The translations under genes were made by a program, and so were the position numbers. A stretch of DNA of 64,000 nt from Tubulanus polymorphus (taxonomy: Eukaryota > Animalia > Nemertea). The stretch is taken from positions 12,400,001 to 12,464,000 of the forward strand of contig NC_134025.1 in NCBI RefSeq assembly GCF_964204645.1, written 5' to 3'. The notes under the pieces are model-generated. The model saw only the letters and a list, made by a program, of their open reading frames with translations, ran no database searches and was not told the DNA's origin. This document shows, piece after piece, positions 43,014-55,400 of this stretch (within the stretch, counting starts at the first letter, position 1; each line of letters begins with the position of its first letter).

Positions 43014-46000
43014 ATGGCAGCTCCCTGGATGCGGACGCTTTTAGCAATCAGTCTTTTCGTAAATATTTTCTCGATTACCAGTTGCTTTCAACGAACATCG
43101 AAACACTACACCGTAGATCTTGATGCGCCTGCATCTGAACGTTGGAACAGAGTAGTTGATGACTTTCGCGATGAAGTTTACCTGGCTGCAAAAGTATTGA
43201 AGTGAGTTGACTTGACAACCGCCAAAAAACTTATATTTTTAAGTAGGTAGGCTTCACCAAGAACCTTAGTGTCTGATGTACCACGTTGGTTACACTAGGA
43301 TGGTAGTAGAGCAACAGAGATCTCTTGTGGAGATTTCCACTACACGTACCAGGATCACAGGGGGTCCTATCAGAGATGTAGGTAGTGTAAAGGAAAAAAC
43401 CGACATTTTACACCAATCATGTCATTATAAACAATCAAGCTAGTTCACAGGGGTTCGTATCAAGGATAATCTGTAAAGACGATAATCTGTGAATCCAGTG
43501 TCTGTTATGTATATGAATTAAAGTTATCTTAGGCTATATATACATTATAGATACTGGATTAACAGATTATCGTTTTTAGCCCACTTGTTGGGACTTAAGT
43601 CCCAGCGGGCTATTGCATTCAATTTTCGTCCGTCCATAGTTATTTTGGGAAGTTTTAAAGACGCTTCCATGTATTGTCCTGATATTTGGGTTACACATGT
43701 ATCTACTACCCTAGACAAATCTTCAGCCCAAAAATGGCCCTGTCAGAACCAAGATGGCTGACTGGCAGCCATTGTTGTTCGGCAAAATCAACACTTTTTA
43801 GCCCACTTGGGACTTTAGTCCCAGCGGGCTATTGCGTTCACTTTTCGTCCGTCCGTAGATGGGATCCAGTTATTTTGGGAAGTTTAGAAGATGCTTCAAT
43901 GTAATGTCTTGATATTGGGGTTACACATGTATCTACTCTAGACACATCTTCAGCTCAAAAACTGGCCCTGACAGAATCAAGATGGCCGACTGGCAGCCAT
44001 AGTTGTTTGTCAGCACTTTTTACATGTTTTTGAGGAAACTTTGTTTTGAAGACGCTTTGATCAATTACCTTGATCTTTTGTATATATTTGAATCCCCCAG
44101 GGCCCATAAGCATAACAAAAATTAGGTTGATCAGACCAGGGATGAGAATTCCCCGCGGATCCGCGGTTTCTCGCGGATTTCGGTATTGAAAAATATCCAT
44201 TTTCCAAATAGTCCAAAAATGATGTAAAAGTATGTTAAACTACCTACGACTTTGATATGAATCCCTGTGAGCTAGTTAGTTGAGAAAGGGCAATGAATAA
44301 TGAATAATTGAGGGTTGCATGATAAAGTGAAAAAAAGCGTTGGCATAGGCCTGATATGCACATACAACAAACTTTGCAATTTCTCTGAGATCAAGAGAAG
44401 TGATAGGGTAGGCCTTTCCAGATAAGAAGAAAAGAATGGACAGGACAGCCACAGTGTTGAACGAATGATAAACTTGAACTTCGGACTCTTGTTCATCACC
44501 TGATCTCTTTTGTAATTATATAGGCCTATCCAATTATACAATTATAAGCAATTATATCATATCCGGGTATGTATATACTAGGCGATTTATGGTTTATAGC
44601 AAATAGATACTAGACTATACTGCCATTATTTTGTTAATTTTATTCAAGTCTGAGGTGTTTCAATAAAGATAATTTACATTCCAGAGATCATGTACCAGGG
44701 AAATTACTTCCGATTTTTGAAAAGGTAGCAGCGTCAGTAGAACACATCCTACCTAGTCCATTTGGTGAAGAAATTAAAGGTAGTCCAAAATCGGCTCAAA
44801 TAAATGTCAAAAGGATTGGTGTATATGAAAATGTCTCTTTATCTGTACTGTCTTAGGTATTGCAGCCAGGGCTAATATTCCTATTGGTGAATTAGTAATT
44901 TTAAACTTGGTCTATAGTCTCACTGCGTAAGTTTTGAAATAGAGTTTTCTAAATATATTCAGATATTTAATGTTTATTACAGTGTTCCCTGTAACTTCAA
45001 GAACCCCATTGTGAATGGCCCGTGACCCCCTCACCTTATAATGTAAGGAATGATTAATCAATGTATATTGATGTGATGTTAGAAAGTTTTCATTAAAAGA
45101 TAAACGAAAATTAGATTAAAGGTACAGTGGAACCTCATTGTAATGACCTAAATGGATATAATGATTTCTCGGTTATTACAAACCCAGAATATGGTCCAAA
45201 ATATAAATATAATCATGAACTATGGGTTATATAACAAAGCGATTTTCTGGTCATATGATGTTCTTTGTAACAAGGTTCCACTGTATACCACTTTTATGGA
45301 AAATCACTCCAGTACATACAAATTGTTTATATACCCTCTGTAAAGAATGTACATTTTGGCATAACATCCTCCCCATGTATACTTTTCTATTGATTTTGAA
45401 AACCCCATCCCCAAGGGCATTCTTACCTTTGTACAGCCTTAAGTATCTTAATACCTTTTCGTCTCCTATTCTGTTTTTAGTTGACAACAATATTTTTACA
45501 ATCCTCAGATTCGGGTGCACCAGTATTGTTGCTCAGTCGGGTTCTGGCCAGATCTGGCATGGACGAAATTTGGACTATGGTTCCAACCCGATGGAAAGAC
45601 AAATATTGAGTAACATCACTATACAAGTGGACTTCCAGAGAAATGGAACGGTAAGTGAAAATTAGATTTATATCTTCACTGTGACTTACTGAACTTGAAA
45701 ATGGTGAGGGTTCTTCCTTGGCTATATGATTCAAGGGTATTTTGGTTTTTATTGGCTGCACCATTCAAAGGATTTAATGGTTTTCTTATCAATCACAAGG
45801 AAGCATGATGTTTGTATCAATTTAGACTCTATACAGTGGTTCTTCGTATGCGGGCTATGTTGGTTTGCCAAATGGCCAGAGGCACAAAGCATTTACAGTT
45901 TCAATGGATGAAAGAGGTATGATGTTGTGGCATACTGGTATTTGGAAAAAATGGCATACAGATCTTGAAGTAAATAATCCGGAATTGGTTTTTTCTTTTT

Positions 46001-48349
46001 AGATGATGGAAATATAATAGAAAACCTGTACATGCTACTAGATGGTGCGATTCCAATTCCTATGCTCATACGACAGGTGCGTTCCTCAGGTTAAAAAAAC
46101 TTAAAATTGAAAGTATTACATTCCGGTATTTTTTACTTATGTGGGATTTCCCGGTATGCAATGGAACATATATATCCTTAGAGAAAGATATCCTTATCTA
46201 TATATGTAGGTATTGGGCCGCCCTTTGAATTATCGACAAGCATTAAAAAACCTAGCAAACACTAGAGTTTCTGCTGCGGCTTATCTGATAGTTGGTGGAA
46301 TTCAAACTGAAGAAGGCGCTGTAATCACGCGTGATCGTAAAAATGCTGTCGATATATGGGAAATTGATCTGAAAAGCAATAGGTAGGCTTTGACAATATT
46401 CGACATGAAGTGGACTGAATATCACAGGTTATGCAATATATGATCAGAAATAATGTCAGGAGTAATAATCTATCGATTATTTTACAGATGGTTTGTCCTC
46501 GAAACGAATTATGACCACTGGAAACCGCCCCCGGCTAGTGATGACAGACGGTATGTATGTGATAAGATCTTTAGATCTAATAATCATTATCTTGATTAGC
46601 CGTGTTCACAGCAATGATAGTACATTCTTACTGACCAGCAGAGACTAATTTGGCACAGAATGTTTGCCAGTGTAAGCAAGATAGGAATGGTATAAATAAA
46701 AATTGTTCTAAATGATATTATAGACTAAAAGAATCTGCTTTGATCTGGTGTGTTCAATTCTGCATAAAATTTGTTACTCCATTGGCTTTGCAGAGGTTTT
46801 ATGGATATACATGTACATCTAATTTTGTATATTTGTACACTAACTCTCATCTCTGGGAATAATACTATTTTTTGGAAATTTTTTCCATGTCAGTGAGCCT
46901 AATGAATTAAACCATAGGCTTAAAACTATATATTAGATACATCCATGTTGCCATGGACACAGTACAATCAGTGGCGGAATTAGCCTACCGCACTTGCCAC
47001 TAATGCGGTAGTCAACATTTTTCCTTTTTGACTTAGCTGATTCCTTGGAAAAAAGTACCCATATTAAAACAGGATTTTTCTCTTCCAAAACCCAGGAAAT
47101 GTCATCTCAGCCCTTTAAATGAATCAAAATTTTCTGGGGGAGGACCCCCCAGACCCCGCGGGGGCACGTCGTGCCTTCGGCACTCGTAATGCACATCTCG
47201 TGCCTTCGGCACTCGGTTGCAGAAATGCGGTAGTCATATTATTCCTCTGGATCCGCCACTGACAATAACAATGGGGGATGGGTATCATATAATTTATGGG
47301 TTAGTGGGTAAGTTACAATGAAATGTTTGATTGGTTTGGTGCATTGAAAAAATGTTGTTTCAATTGCTTTATCAAAAAAGTCACCATCACTATTCATCAT
47401 ATTAAACTACTTAATGTTTTTGTCCACCAGGGGGCGCCCCTGCAGGTGTAGTTTCTATTTCTTTAAATTGCTATTAGTCCTACAGTTTTAATCAGATCAA
47501 TTCCAAGTTAGGTATGAATATTCTTTGGACCAATACCTACAAAGTACAGAGCCCTTTTATGGATTTGGCCACAAGGGGGCACCCCCAGGTATGCAGCTTC
47601 TATTTCTTCAGATCACACACCGGAGCTACTTAAGCCGATAGGCTCCCTGTTGATATTCATACTCAAACAATAGTGTTTGGAATCGTGGAAACAACATTAA
47701 AATGAACGAATAGTAGTTGCTATAGCAATGATTTTCAAGATCACGCCAGCAAAATTTGGACCAATAACAATTGGATCCTGGTACTAGAGAACAAGGGCTA
47801 CCTTCAAAAATAAAATCACGAATATGTCTTTCCACTCAAGCGAAAAGTCAATTTTTGGGACCCATGGATTGGACTAATTTGATCAGTCTGTAAGACTGGC
47901 TAACATTTAATGATATTTTTATCATTTTTTTATAGCTATGTTTTTATTGAATTTCTCATTGCGTCACAAATTTTCATCTTAATATCTTATAAGTTCTTAA
48001 TAATTTCACTGTGTATAAATAGTTCATGCAATGCTGTTATAACACTTTGTAGAACCCCTGGAAATAAGGCTATGAATGCTGCCGGCGCAAAAGGTTTTGA
48101 CGGATCATCCATGTTTAAAGTACTTTCTACTCCACCTGTATTGAACAAGTATGTTATTTAGATAACCATCAATAAACTGATAAAATAATGTTTGATAAGA
48201 TACCGACCAATAAATCTTGTATTCCCTCTGAACTATCGTGCTATTCATTTTGTGTTAGATTTCTTTGAATTTATATTTGTAGTGAAACAACCTTCACAGC
48301 GATAATGAGTGCCGTGGACCCAAATGCTTTTCATACTTATGTCAGATAG
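43014..48349 (+). CDS. NAAA: NAAA-like Ntn hydrolase, copy E (352 aa; most divergent)
   Basis: Exons 43014-43201, 44685-44779, 44857-44926, 45509-45650, 45826-45916, 46003-46076, 46210-46382, 46488-46550, 48053-48148, 48283-48349. Motifs [27 protein letters not shown]. Confidence 0.93.
43575..44135 (-). mobile_element. Two tandem 3' fragments of the HINE family
   Basis: Reverse complement of 7250-7640 / 11230-11594; the terminal hairpin is present twice. Confidence 0.7.
46969..47261. mobile_element. hAT-like MITE with 5-bp TSD
   Basis: cagtggcgga / tccgccactg termini with acaat duplicated on both sides. Confidence 0.75.
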
Positions 48350-48751
48350 GTTGCTCGGTGAAGAATGGAAGGCATTGGTCCTTATGCATGATGGCTTTAA
48401 AAGAAAACTGAGAATAATGATATAAATAACACATTAAGTTAAAGATACTTAAAATTACCAGTAAACGAATTTGTTTATCATACATGTATGAACTAGCTTG
48501 CTGAAAGCCTATATAGTATCATCCAATAATATGTACATGCACTAGATGTACCAATGAAACTAATCTGGTTCCTGAATAGGATATTTTATTTTACGTGAAT
48601 AAGAGTTCCATCTCGTGTAAGATTCAAAAATTGAATTTCAAAAAATTTCAATGTCAAATGTAACGCCTTGTTCCGTTTACATATGTATGCATGTATCTGG
48701 CCAATGAAAAGTTAGTTGAGGTGCTTTTTACCATCAACTGGCAACCAAAAA

Positions 48752-49019
48752 TATACGCTTCCATCACATGGAGATGATTTTGCCCGATCCAAATTAGCAC
48801 GGGTCAGGCCCCAGTCATCAAATTTGGCCTGTTGATATTAAACAATGCTGAGTGACTTTCGGAACCTGGTAGCAATTCACATGCAATAATTTGGCTCGGG
48901 CCCGGTCCGATGTTTTTGATCTGGCCAAAACAGACATGGGCCCATTTAGCACCCGTGTGAACAGTTGTTTTGGGCCAAATTTACCGCGGGCCAAAAACAT
49001 TTGTGTGATCACGGCTATA
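48752..49019. mobile_element. MITE with gcacgggcc/gggccaaa internal motifs
   Basis: Imperfect TIR tatacgcttccatcacatg / tgtgtgatcacggctata. Confidence 0.4.
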
Positions 49020-50537
49020 AAGTTCATTGATTATAAGAAAAGCAAAAATCAAATATTACATTATCTTAACTGTTGTACCATGTCTATGTATTATTGAATA
49101 TCTAAGTTAAAACGCATGGAATTTCTTTGCTATTTCCCCACAATGTATCTCTGGTGGTTGATGTAACCCTTGCTTCATGAGAACATTCTACTTGTAACAT
49201 TGAATTGATTATTTGTTGATTTACTATTTTCTACTACTAGGCAAAGGCTTAACGTTACTTAACGTCAACTCTCATGTGTATCCAGTATTATGTGTACTTA
49301 TTAAAGTGCTAGATGTTCTATTTTGAACCGAATTATTTGTATACATTTGTCTTTTGTGATACTTTACAATGGTATATATGACTTGATAATAAACTCTTTG
49401 ATTAATATAAATGACTATAACAATGCTGTCGTCTTCCTTCTTTGGTAATCAAGATTTCGTAGACGGGTGAACACTTTGTTGCAGCAATTAGGCTTTCCGT
49501 TATTGTTCCACAGAAGTCGATTTTACACGGAAATTGATGAGAACCTCTCTTAACAGGCCCGTACACATCCCCATTCTAGGAATATGTCCGTGTTTTAGAA
49601 TCATTGGCATAGCAATTAATGTTACTTCATTATTGAGAAAAAACATTGAATTACAGTCAGCCCCGATATACCGGTTGGCGGATATAACGAACTTTCGCTT
49701 ATATCGAACATATTTTCTGGTCCCGTGAAGTTCGAAGGTTCCACGAGGTTCCACTATATTACTATTGAGTAGATTTTGTAAATAAACCTGCTCTTCATAT
49801 CACCATTGGGCCCGTGTTTCATCGTTATTTCTAGAATTTGGCTTGTTTTCCGATTGCTATAACATGTGGGACCGCGTCAGTAGAGATCGTTGAATGCTTG
49901 AATTTGTCAATACATAATTCGGTACCCGTATCACATCATCTCTGCACCTGTTGTTCCGTGAACATTACTGTTGTATTCTATAGCTACGAGCCTACGAGCA
50001 ATTAATCATCTCTTATTGAGATAATTGCTCGTAGTTGTTTAAGGTAAAATTTCCTCAGGCGTCAGTTATATGGGAACTAGCTCGATTTTCAGCGTAAATT
50101 ACACGCGTCACCGATTCGTTGGCGATCTGTAACTTCCAGTTCCTCGATAAAGTTGACGACAAAACTCCAACCACTGATAAAACCGTAGCAGACAATGAAG
50201 AATATACTAGATCTTGTTTTACAAATATCCGCTATGGACATTCCAAGGCACAGCGAGGATCCATACAAATCGAAAATCTAATTCTGAAACTTACCTTTAC
50301 AAACTATAGGCTAGACATGTTTATAACATGTCTGACACATTCTCTAAGACATTACTAGAACAACTGCTTAGAAACAGATATCAAATTATTGTTCAGTCGT
50401 CTCCAGTTATTATACGAATGAACAAAGAAGATACATGTACGTATAGGGCTAACATAAAATTCATGCAGATACACACAGATACACACAAAATGAATAATAA
50501 TTCCTAAAATTGACAATAATAAATCATATCTGAGACC

Positions 50538-51420
50538 TATGGTGGTTGATTCGGGTCATACTAAAATTTTTCTGTACGCTATTAGCGTTTCTGTAGCCGT
50601 ACAGAAAGTTTTTTAGTATGGTGTACGAGAATTCAAAACTTTTTGTTTTCTCGCGCGAGAATCCAAATCATTTTAGGTCTCGCGCGGGAATTCAAAACTT
50701 TTTGTTTTCTCGCGAGAGAATTCAAAAAGTTTGGTTTTCTCACGTGAGAATTCAAAGATTTTGGTTTTCTCGCGCGAGAATTCAAAACAATTTAGTTTTG
50801 TCGCGCGAGAATTCAAAACTTTTGGTGTTCACACCCGAAAAAAAACCTTTGGTTTGAAAAATTTTACTGAATAGTAGAATATTGGTCAGACCAACGCGCC
50901 CCAGTTCCGCCGCCTAATCAAACAGGAACAAAGCAGACTCAGACAAACTCAAAACTCATGACACAATTTCAATAAGATAAACAATACAATACATGATCAC
51001 CACTAACTATATTCAGCATTTAATTATGACCGATCATTTGCTTTTAGATAGGATAGATATGTAGATATATTAGTGAAATCAGTATTAATGTATGGTACCC
51101 AATCTGGGCATTTGAAAATGTTAGAAATATAGAATCCGTTCATGTCAAATTCTGTAAATACCTACTCAATGTGGGCGCCACGACACCGAATGTGATGGTC
51201 TACGGTGAACTAATAGGTTGTTTCCCTCTGTTTATAGATATATACAAATCTCGGCAGCAAAGTTTTGGCTAAAAATTCTCGCGCGTGAAAACCAAAAGTT
51301 TTGAATTCTCGCGCGAGAAAACCAAAATGTTTTGAATTAAAAAACGGGCCAATGTGAAAAATTTTTTATCGTTGCTTTAGCCGTACAGAAAAATTTTTAG
51401 TATGGCCCGAATCAGCCATA
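50538..51420. mobile_element. TATGG-terminal TIR element with ~30-bp tandem repeats and an internal LINE fragment
   Basis: TIR tatggtggttgattcgggtcatactaaaatttttctgtacg / cgtacagaaaaatttttagtatggcccgaatcagccata. About 7 tctcgcgcgagaattcaaaa units on the left, inverted units on the right. 51070-51245 encodes IESVHVKFCKYLLNVGATTPNVMVYGEL. Confidence 0.75.
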
Positions 51421-51466
51421 GGAAGAGGCAGGAAATATAATATTTTTTACTACGGACATTTTTAAT

Positions 51467-52034
51467 CATCCTCGCTTGCCAGGGGTCCGGTATCACTCCC
51501 GAGCTCGCTTCCACCAGCGAACAGCTTTAGCGTAGTGGGTTCGAATCCCTTGACAGGTGAAGATGTTTTTAATGGAAGGAGCAGGAAAAAACCAAAATTG
51601 ACAATCTTTTCATCATTAGAGTATTTTCGACGCCGAACAAAATAAGAATGGAAATGGAAATGGAATTTGTGTTCGTCATCAAATGATTAGAGAAATGACT
51701 GAAGACCATAGAAGTGCATCTTCACCCGTCAAGGGATTCGAACCCACTACGCTAAAGCGGTTCCCCGAACCCCTTGACCTCACGAGTCGTTACTAGCCGA
51801 CCAGAATCCGGTCGTACCAATCACAGCGCTTGTAACAAACCGTCAGTAGACTTCTGTTGGTTTTCCCGTTAAATTGACCAATCAGCGAACGTTTTACCGA
51901 ACAAGGAAGTATTTCGCAAATCGATATATGACGTCACGCGCAACAGCGCCAGTAATGAAATCACGCTTCGTGAGGCCAGGGGGCTGGTGGAAGCGAGTTC
52001 GGGAGTGATACCGGACCCCTGGCAAGCGAGGATG
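51467..52034. mobile_element. MITE with 52-bp TIRs containing an inner B-box foldback
   Basis: 51467-51518 pairs with 51983-52034 (1 mismatch); inner IR 51524-51565 / 51717-51758. Confidence 0.75.
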
Positions 52035-52296
52035 TAGAAGTGTAATTTTTTCATTCTAGTCTTTGCAAAATCAATCGAAAATTATTGAGATGGACTTTGA
52101 CATAACATTTTTTTGAAAGTTGTGATGAAACCAGAAGGGAGGACAACAGTTATATTCTTTCAAATTTGATGGTTTTTGACAGATGTTTGCGGAACTCGTA
52201 CTCTTATCCAAGAAAAAAGGATCTTAGTAATTCAAGTGTTTCCCAGTTTATATTGAATACGGTACATCGACCGTACAGTGCTGCCACCATGTCGAG

Positions 52297-52341
52297 GCGC
52301 ATGCGCTGTGGCGGCACAGTTTAAACAAGAAACCCGGAAGT
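52297..52341 (+). promoter_or_regulatory. Putative MadBub core promoter: NRF1, CDE/CHR-like and ETS motifs
   Basis: GCGCATGCGC 52297-52306, TGGCGG 52309-52314, TTTAAA 52320-52325 and CCGGAAGT 52334-52341, about 100-150 bp upstream of the ATG. Confidence 0.5.
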
Positions 52342-52443
52342 TTATCAAGGTTATTCATTTTACTTGTTGCGATCGGAGAATAATTCATGAATTTGTGGTA
52401 AATCAGCAGCATCGCATTGCAGAAATAAGAAGCTGAGAGTGAG

Positions 52444-55400
52444 ATGATGAATACTAGCGATGTTCACACGGCGAGCAGTGTTGGGAACGACGATGAATGG
52501 GAGTTAAGCAAAGAGAACGTCCAACCTCTCAAACAAGGCAGACAAATAGCCAATTTAAGCGCGGCTCTGTGCATGATGAATAGTGGTTCGAGCGATATAA
52601 GGCTTCAGGAAGAAAAACAGTAAGTTCATTTTGATGATAGAACTTTTTAAAGAAGTGGATATTTTACAAAAATCAAAGTTGCGAGGAAAATTGCATTTGC
52701 AGCAGGGACGCTAACAAACGTCATAATCAATGCACCAGCACAGGCACTTGAATATGGGCTTTGATAATGGATAAATATTTGATAATTTACCAGCGATACG
52801 TTAATCCTACTTTAATAGATCGCCATGTTTTATAATAAATTTACCCATGATGCAACGCGCGCCGGTCGTTTAGCTATACTATACAGAAAGGCTGGAAACG
52901 ATCCTATCTCCGTAATGCTTAAATCTACCCGCAGTTATCGGGACAGCCGAACACTGCCGATGATTGCCGAAGTACGTCCTTAGTGTCAATTTTAATCCTG
53001 AAATATAGGAGCGCCCATGATTTCAATTGTAGATGATTTTTTTGGAAACATTGACACTGTTTTAGCTCCATTAAAGATTTTAAATGGCAACAAAATTGAT
53101 TTTTGAAAATTCGCGATGCCTCTTCGGGATTGCTGTGACGTCATCTGTCCCGATAACTGCGGGTAGATTTAAGCATTACGGAGATAGGATCGTTTCCAGC
53201 CTTTCTGTATAGTATAGCTAAACGATCGGCGCGCGTTGCATCATGGGTAAATTTATTATAAAACATGGCGGATCTATTAAAGTAGGATTAACGTATCGCT
53301 GGTAAATTATCAAATATTTATCCATTATCAAAGCCCATATTCAAGTGCCTGTGGCACCAGTCAATGAAAGTCCCCGCCCTACCGGGGCCGGGAAACGAAA
53401 ATTAGTGCCGGCACTAGGATCCCTCAATCGGGACTTTTCCCTGCCACCGGTAACGTTATTTTGATCGCTTACTGTAGCGCTATGGATCGCATACACACAC
53501 ACACGGGGATCCCTGCGCTATGGGTCGCTTAAGAATGCGGGGAATTGTGCGCTACGGATTGCTATGGGATATGGGGAATACTTTAACACTAGACATCTGC
53601 AGTTTGAGAATCGTAAAAAATCTGAAGTTCGATTTCTCTAAACTATATAATCTGAAAAATATTACAAACCAATGTTTTGAGTAAAGTGATCTAATTGAGC
53701 TTTTAAAAACGGTAAAAATATGAATTTATGGAAACAAAAAGTTCGTTGTTGAAGATGGCGCTAGCTTGCGCTGTGGATTGCTATGGATCGTTTTTGCGGG
53801 TGAGGACGTCGGCGCTATTTGACGCTGTGGATCGGGTCCGTACAAAAGGTCTAGTCGCTAAAGCTGCGCTGTTACCGGTATGCGATCCACTCATTTTTTC
53901 GCTGGATCGTCTCTGTCCCAGCGCTTTGGATCGCTCATTTTCGTTTCCCGGCCCCTGTAGGGCTGGAACTTTCATTGACTAGTGCATAACGTGTAAAAGA
54001 AGGTCCCAACTTAATTCTAAATTGGGTTGACTGTGGTAGATAGTTAGCCTACAGCATACAGGGTTTAGCAGCCTATTCGCGTGACGCTGGAAGGCTTGGC
54101 TCTTCTTCATTAGTGCCTGGCTGTCAGTCCATACAGTCTCATGACTGGCCGAAGTCAGATGCTCATAGATTGTCACCAAATTCTTTCAGGTCTATATGAT
54201 AACCCAGACGAATTACGGTCAAAACATCCTCATGCCAAAACGTCTTCGGTCAAAATGTCCTCGTCTGTATTATATTCTGTCCACACTTGTTTGTTAATTA
54301 GAATAGAATCTTTTTAGCATATATATTAGCCTAGGCCAAAGCATCTAAAATAAATCTCATATAAATGAATTATGAATGCATGGTAAAAGAAAGAGCGCAG
54401 TACCTTACGATAGTATATGTACGCTAAGTGTGATGCCATACAACGTATGTTTAAGGAAATCAGATATGGGTGAAGGTGAAGTCAATTATATATTGGACAC
54501 TAGCTGTGATATTCTACTTGGATCGTTACATAGTGTATTAACTTATCGTGCTCAAAAAACCTCAGTTAACGGTGATAAGTTAAATGCATTGATGGAATTA
54601 CAAAGGATTCTGATTGATAAGTTGTTTTGGTAGGCGGACATTTTGCCTTAAAAAGGCGAGGATGGTGTAACTGGGTCTGCACTGACTTTTCGGTAGGACG
54701 TTTTGACCTGTCACCACCCAGACATACCAGTGGGCCACACGAAAAAGATGTTATTTTCTCGGTAGGGCCTACAAGAAATTTGAAAAGCCCCCCACTGAGA
54801 ATATCTTGATAATGATGAATAAATTAGGGAATTTGAATTTTTGGTGTCTCAATCTTGTTTTTACTGCTGATGACAATGATCAGGGAATTTTGGGTCAGGG
54901 GAAATCAGAGAATTTGGGATTTCCAGATCTGTAAGAACCCTGTTTTAAGCGCTCAATTACTACTAAAATGATCAAAACTCGCAAAATCAGAATGATTTCT
55001 AGTTCGTTTTCAATCAAATTACTACTATTTTCGATGTGAGATTGCGGTGAAAACTTAGGAGACACCGAGGTAGTCAGGTCTGGTGGATTATAGGCCTAAT
55101 CATTAAGAGTCTATCTGCCAATAAGTCTGTTTTATGTATGACATTTTTATACTTTGTCCATGACAAAATGAAATGGCTAGATTCTGATATTGTGCACAAT
55201 TTCAAGGACCGGGTTTTGTAATCAGGCTGAAGATAAGCCTGAAAATGTTAAGCTGAAAAGCCATGAACTGAAATGATCCCATTTCAGTGTTTCCACCATA
55301 AATTACTTGTCTATTCAAAAACACCATGAGTAAGTAGCCTAAGTCACATAATTCCTTTATTTGCAGGCAGTTTGAAAATGAGATTCGGACATATAGTGGA

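Noticed and set aside
49420-50360. Small gene divergent from MadBub
   Set aside because: Some splice-like sites exist, but every frame tried had stops and no recognisable family.
50620-50830. CRISPR-like ~30-bp periodic repeats (also 22075-22480 and 32043-32482)
   Set aside because: No unique spacers and no cas genes in a eukaryotic context; the 50620 array lies inside a TIR element.
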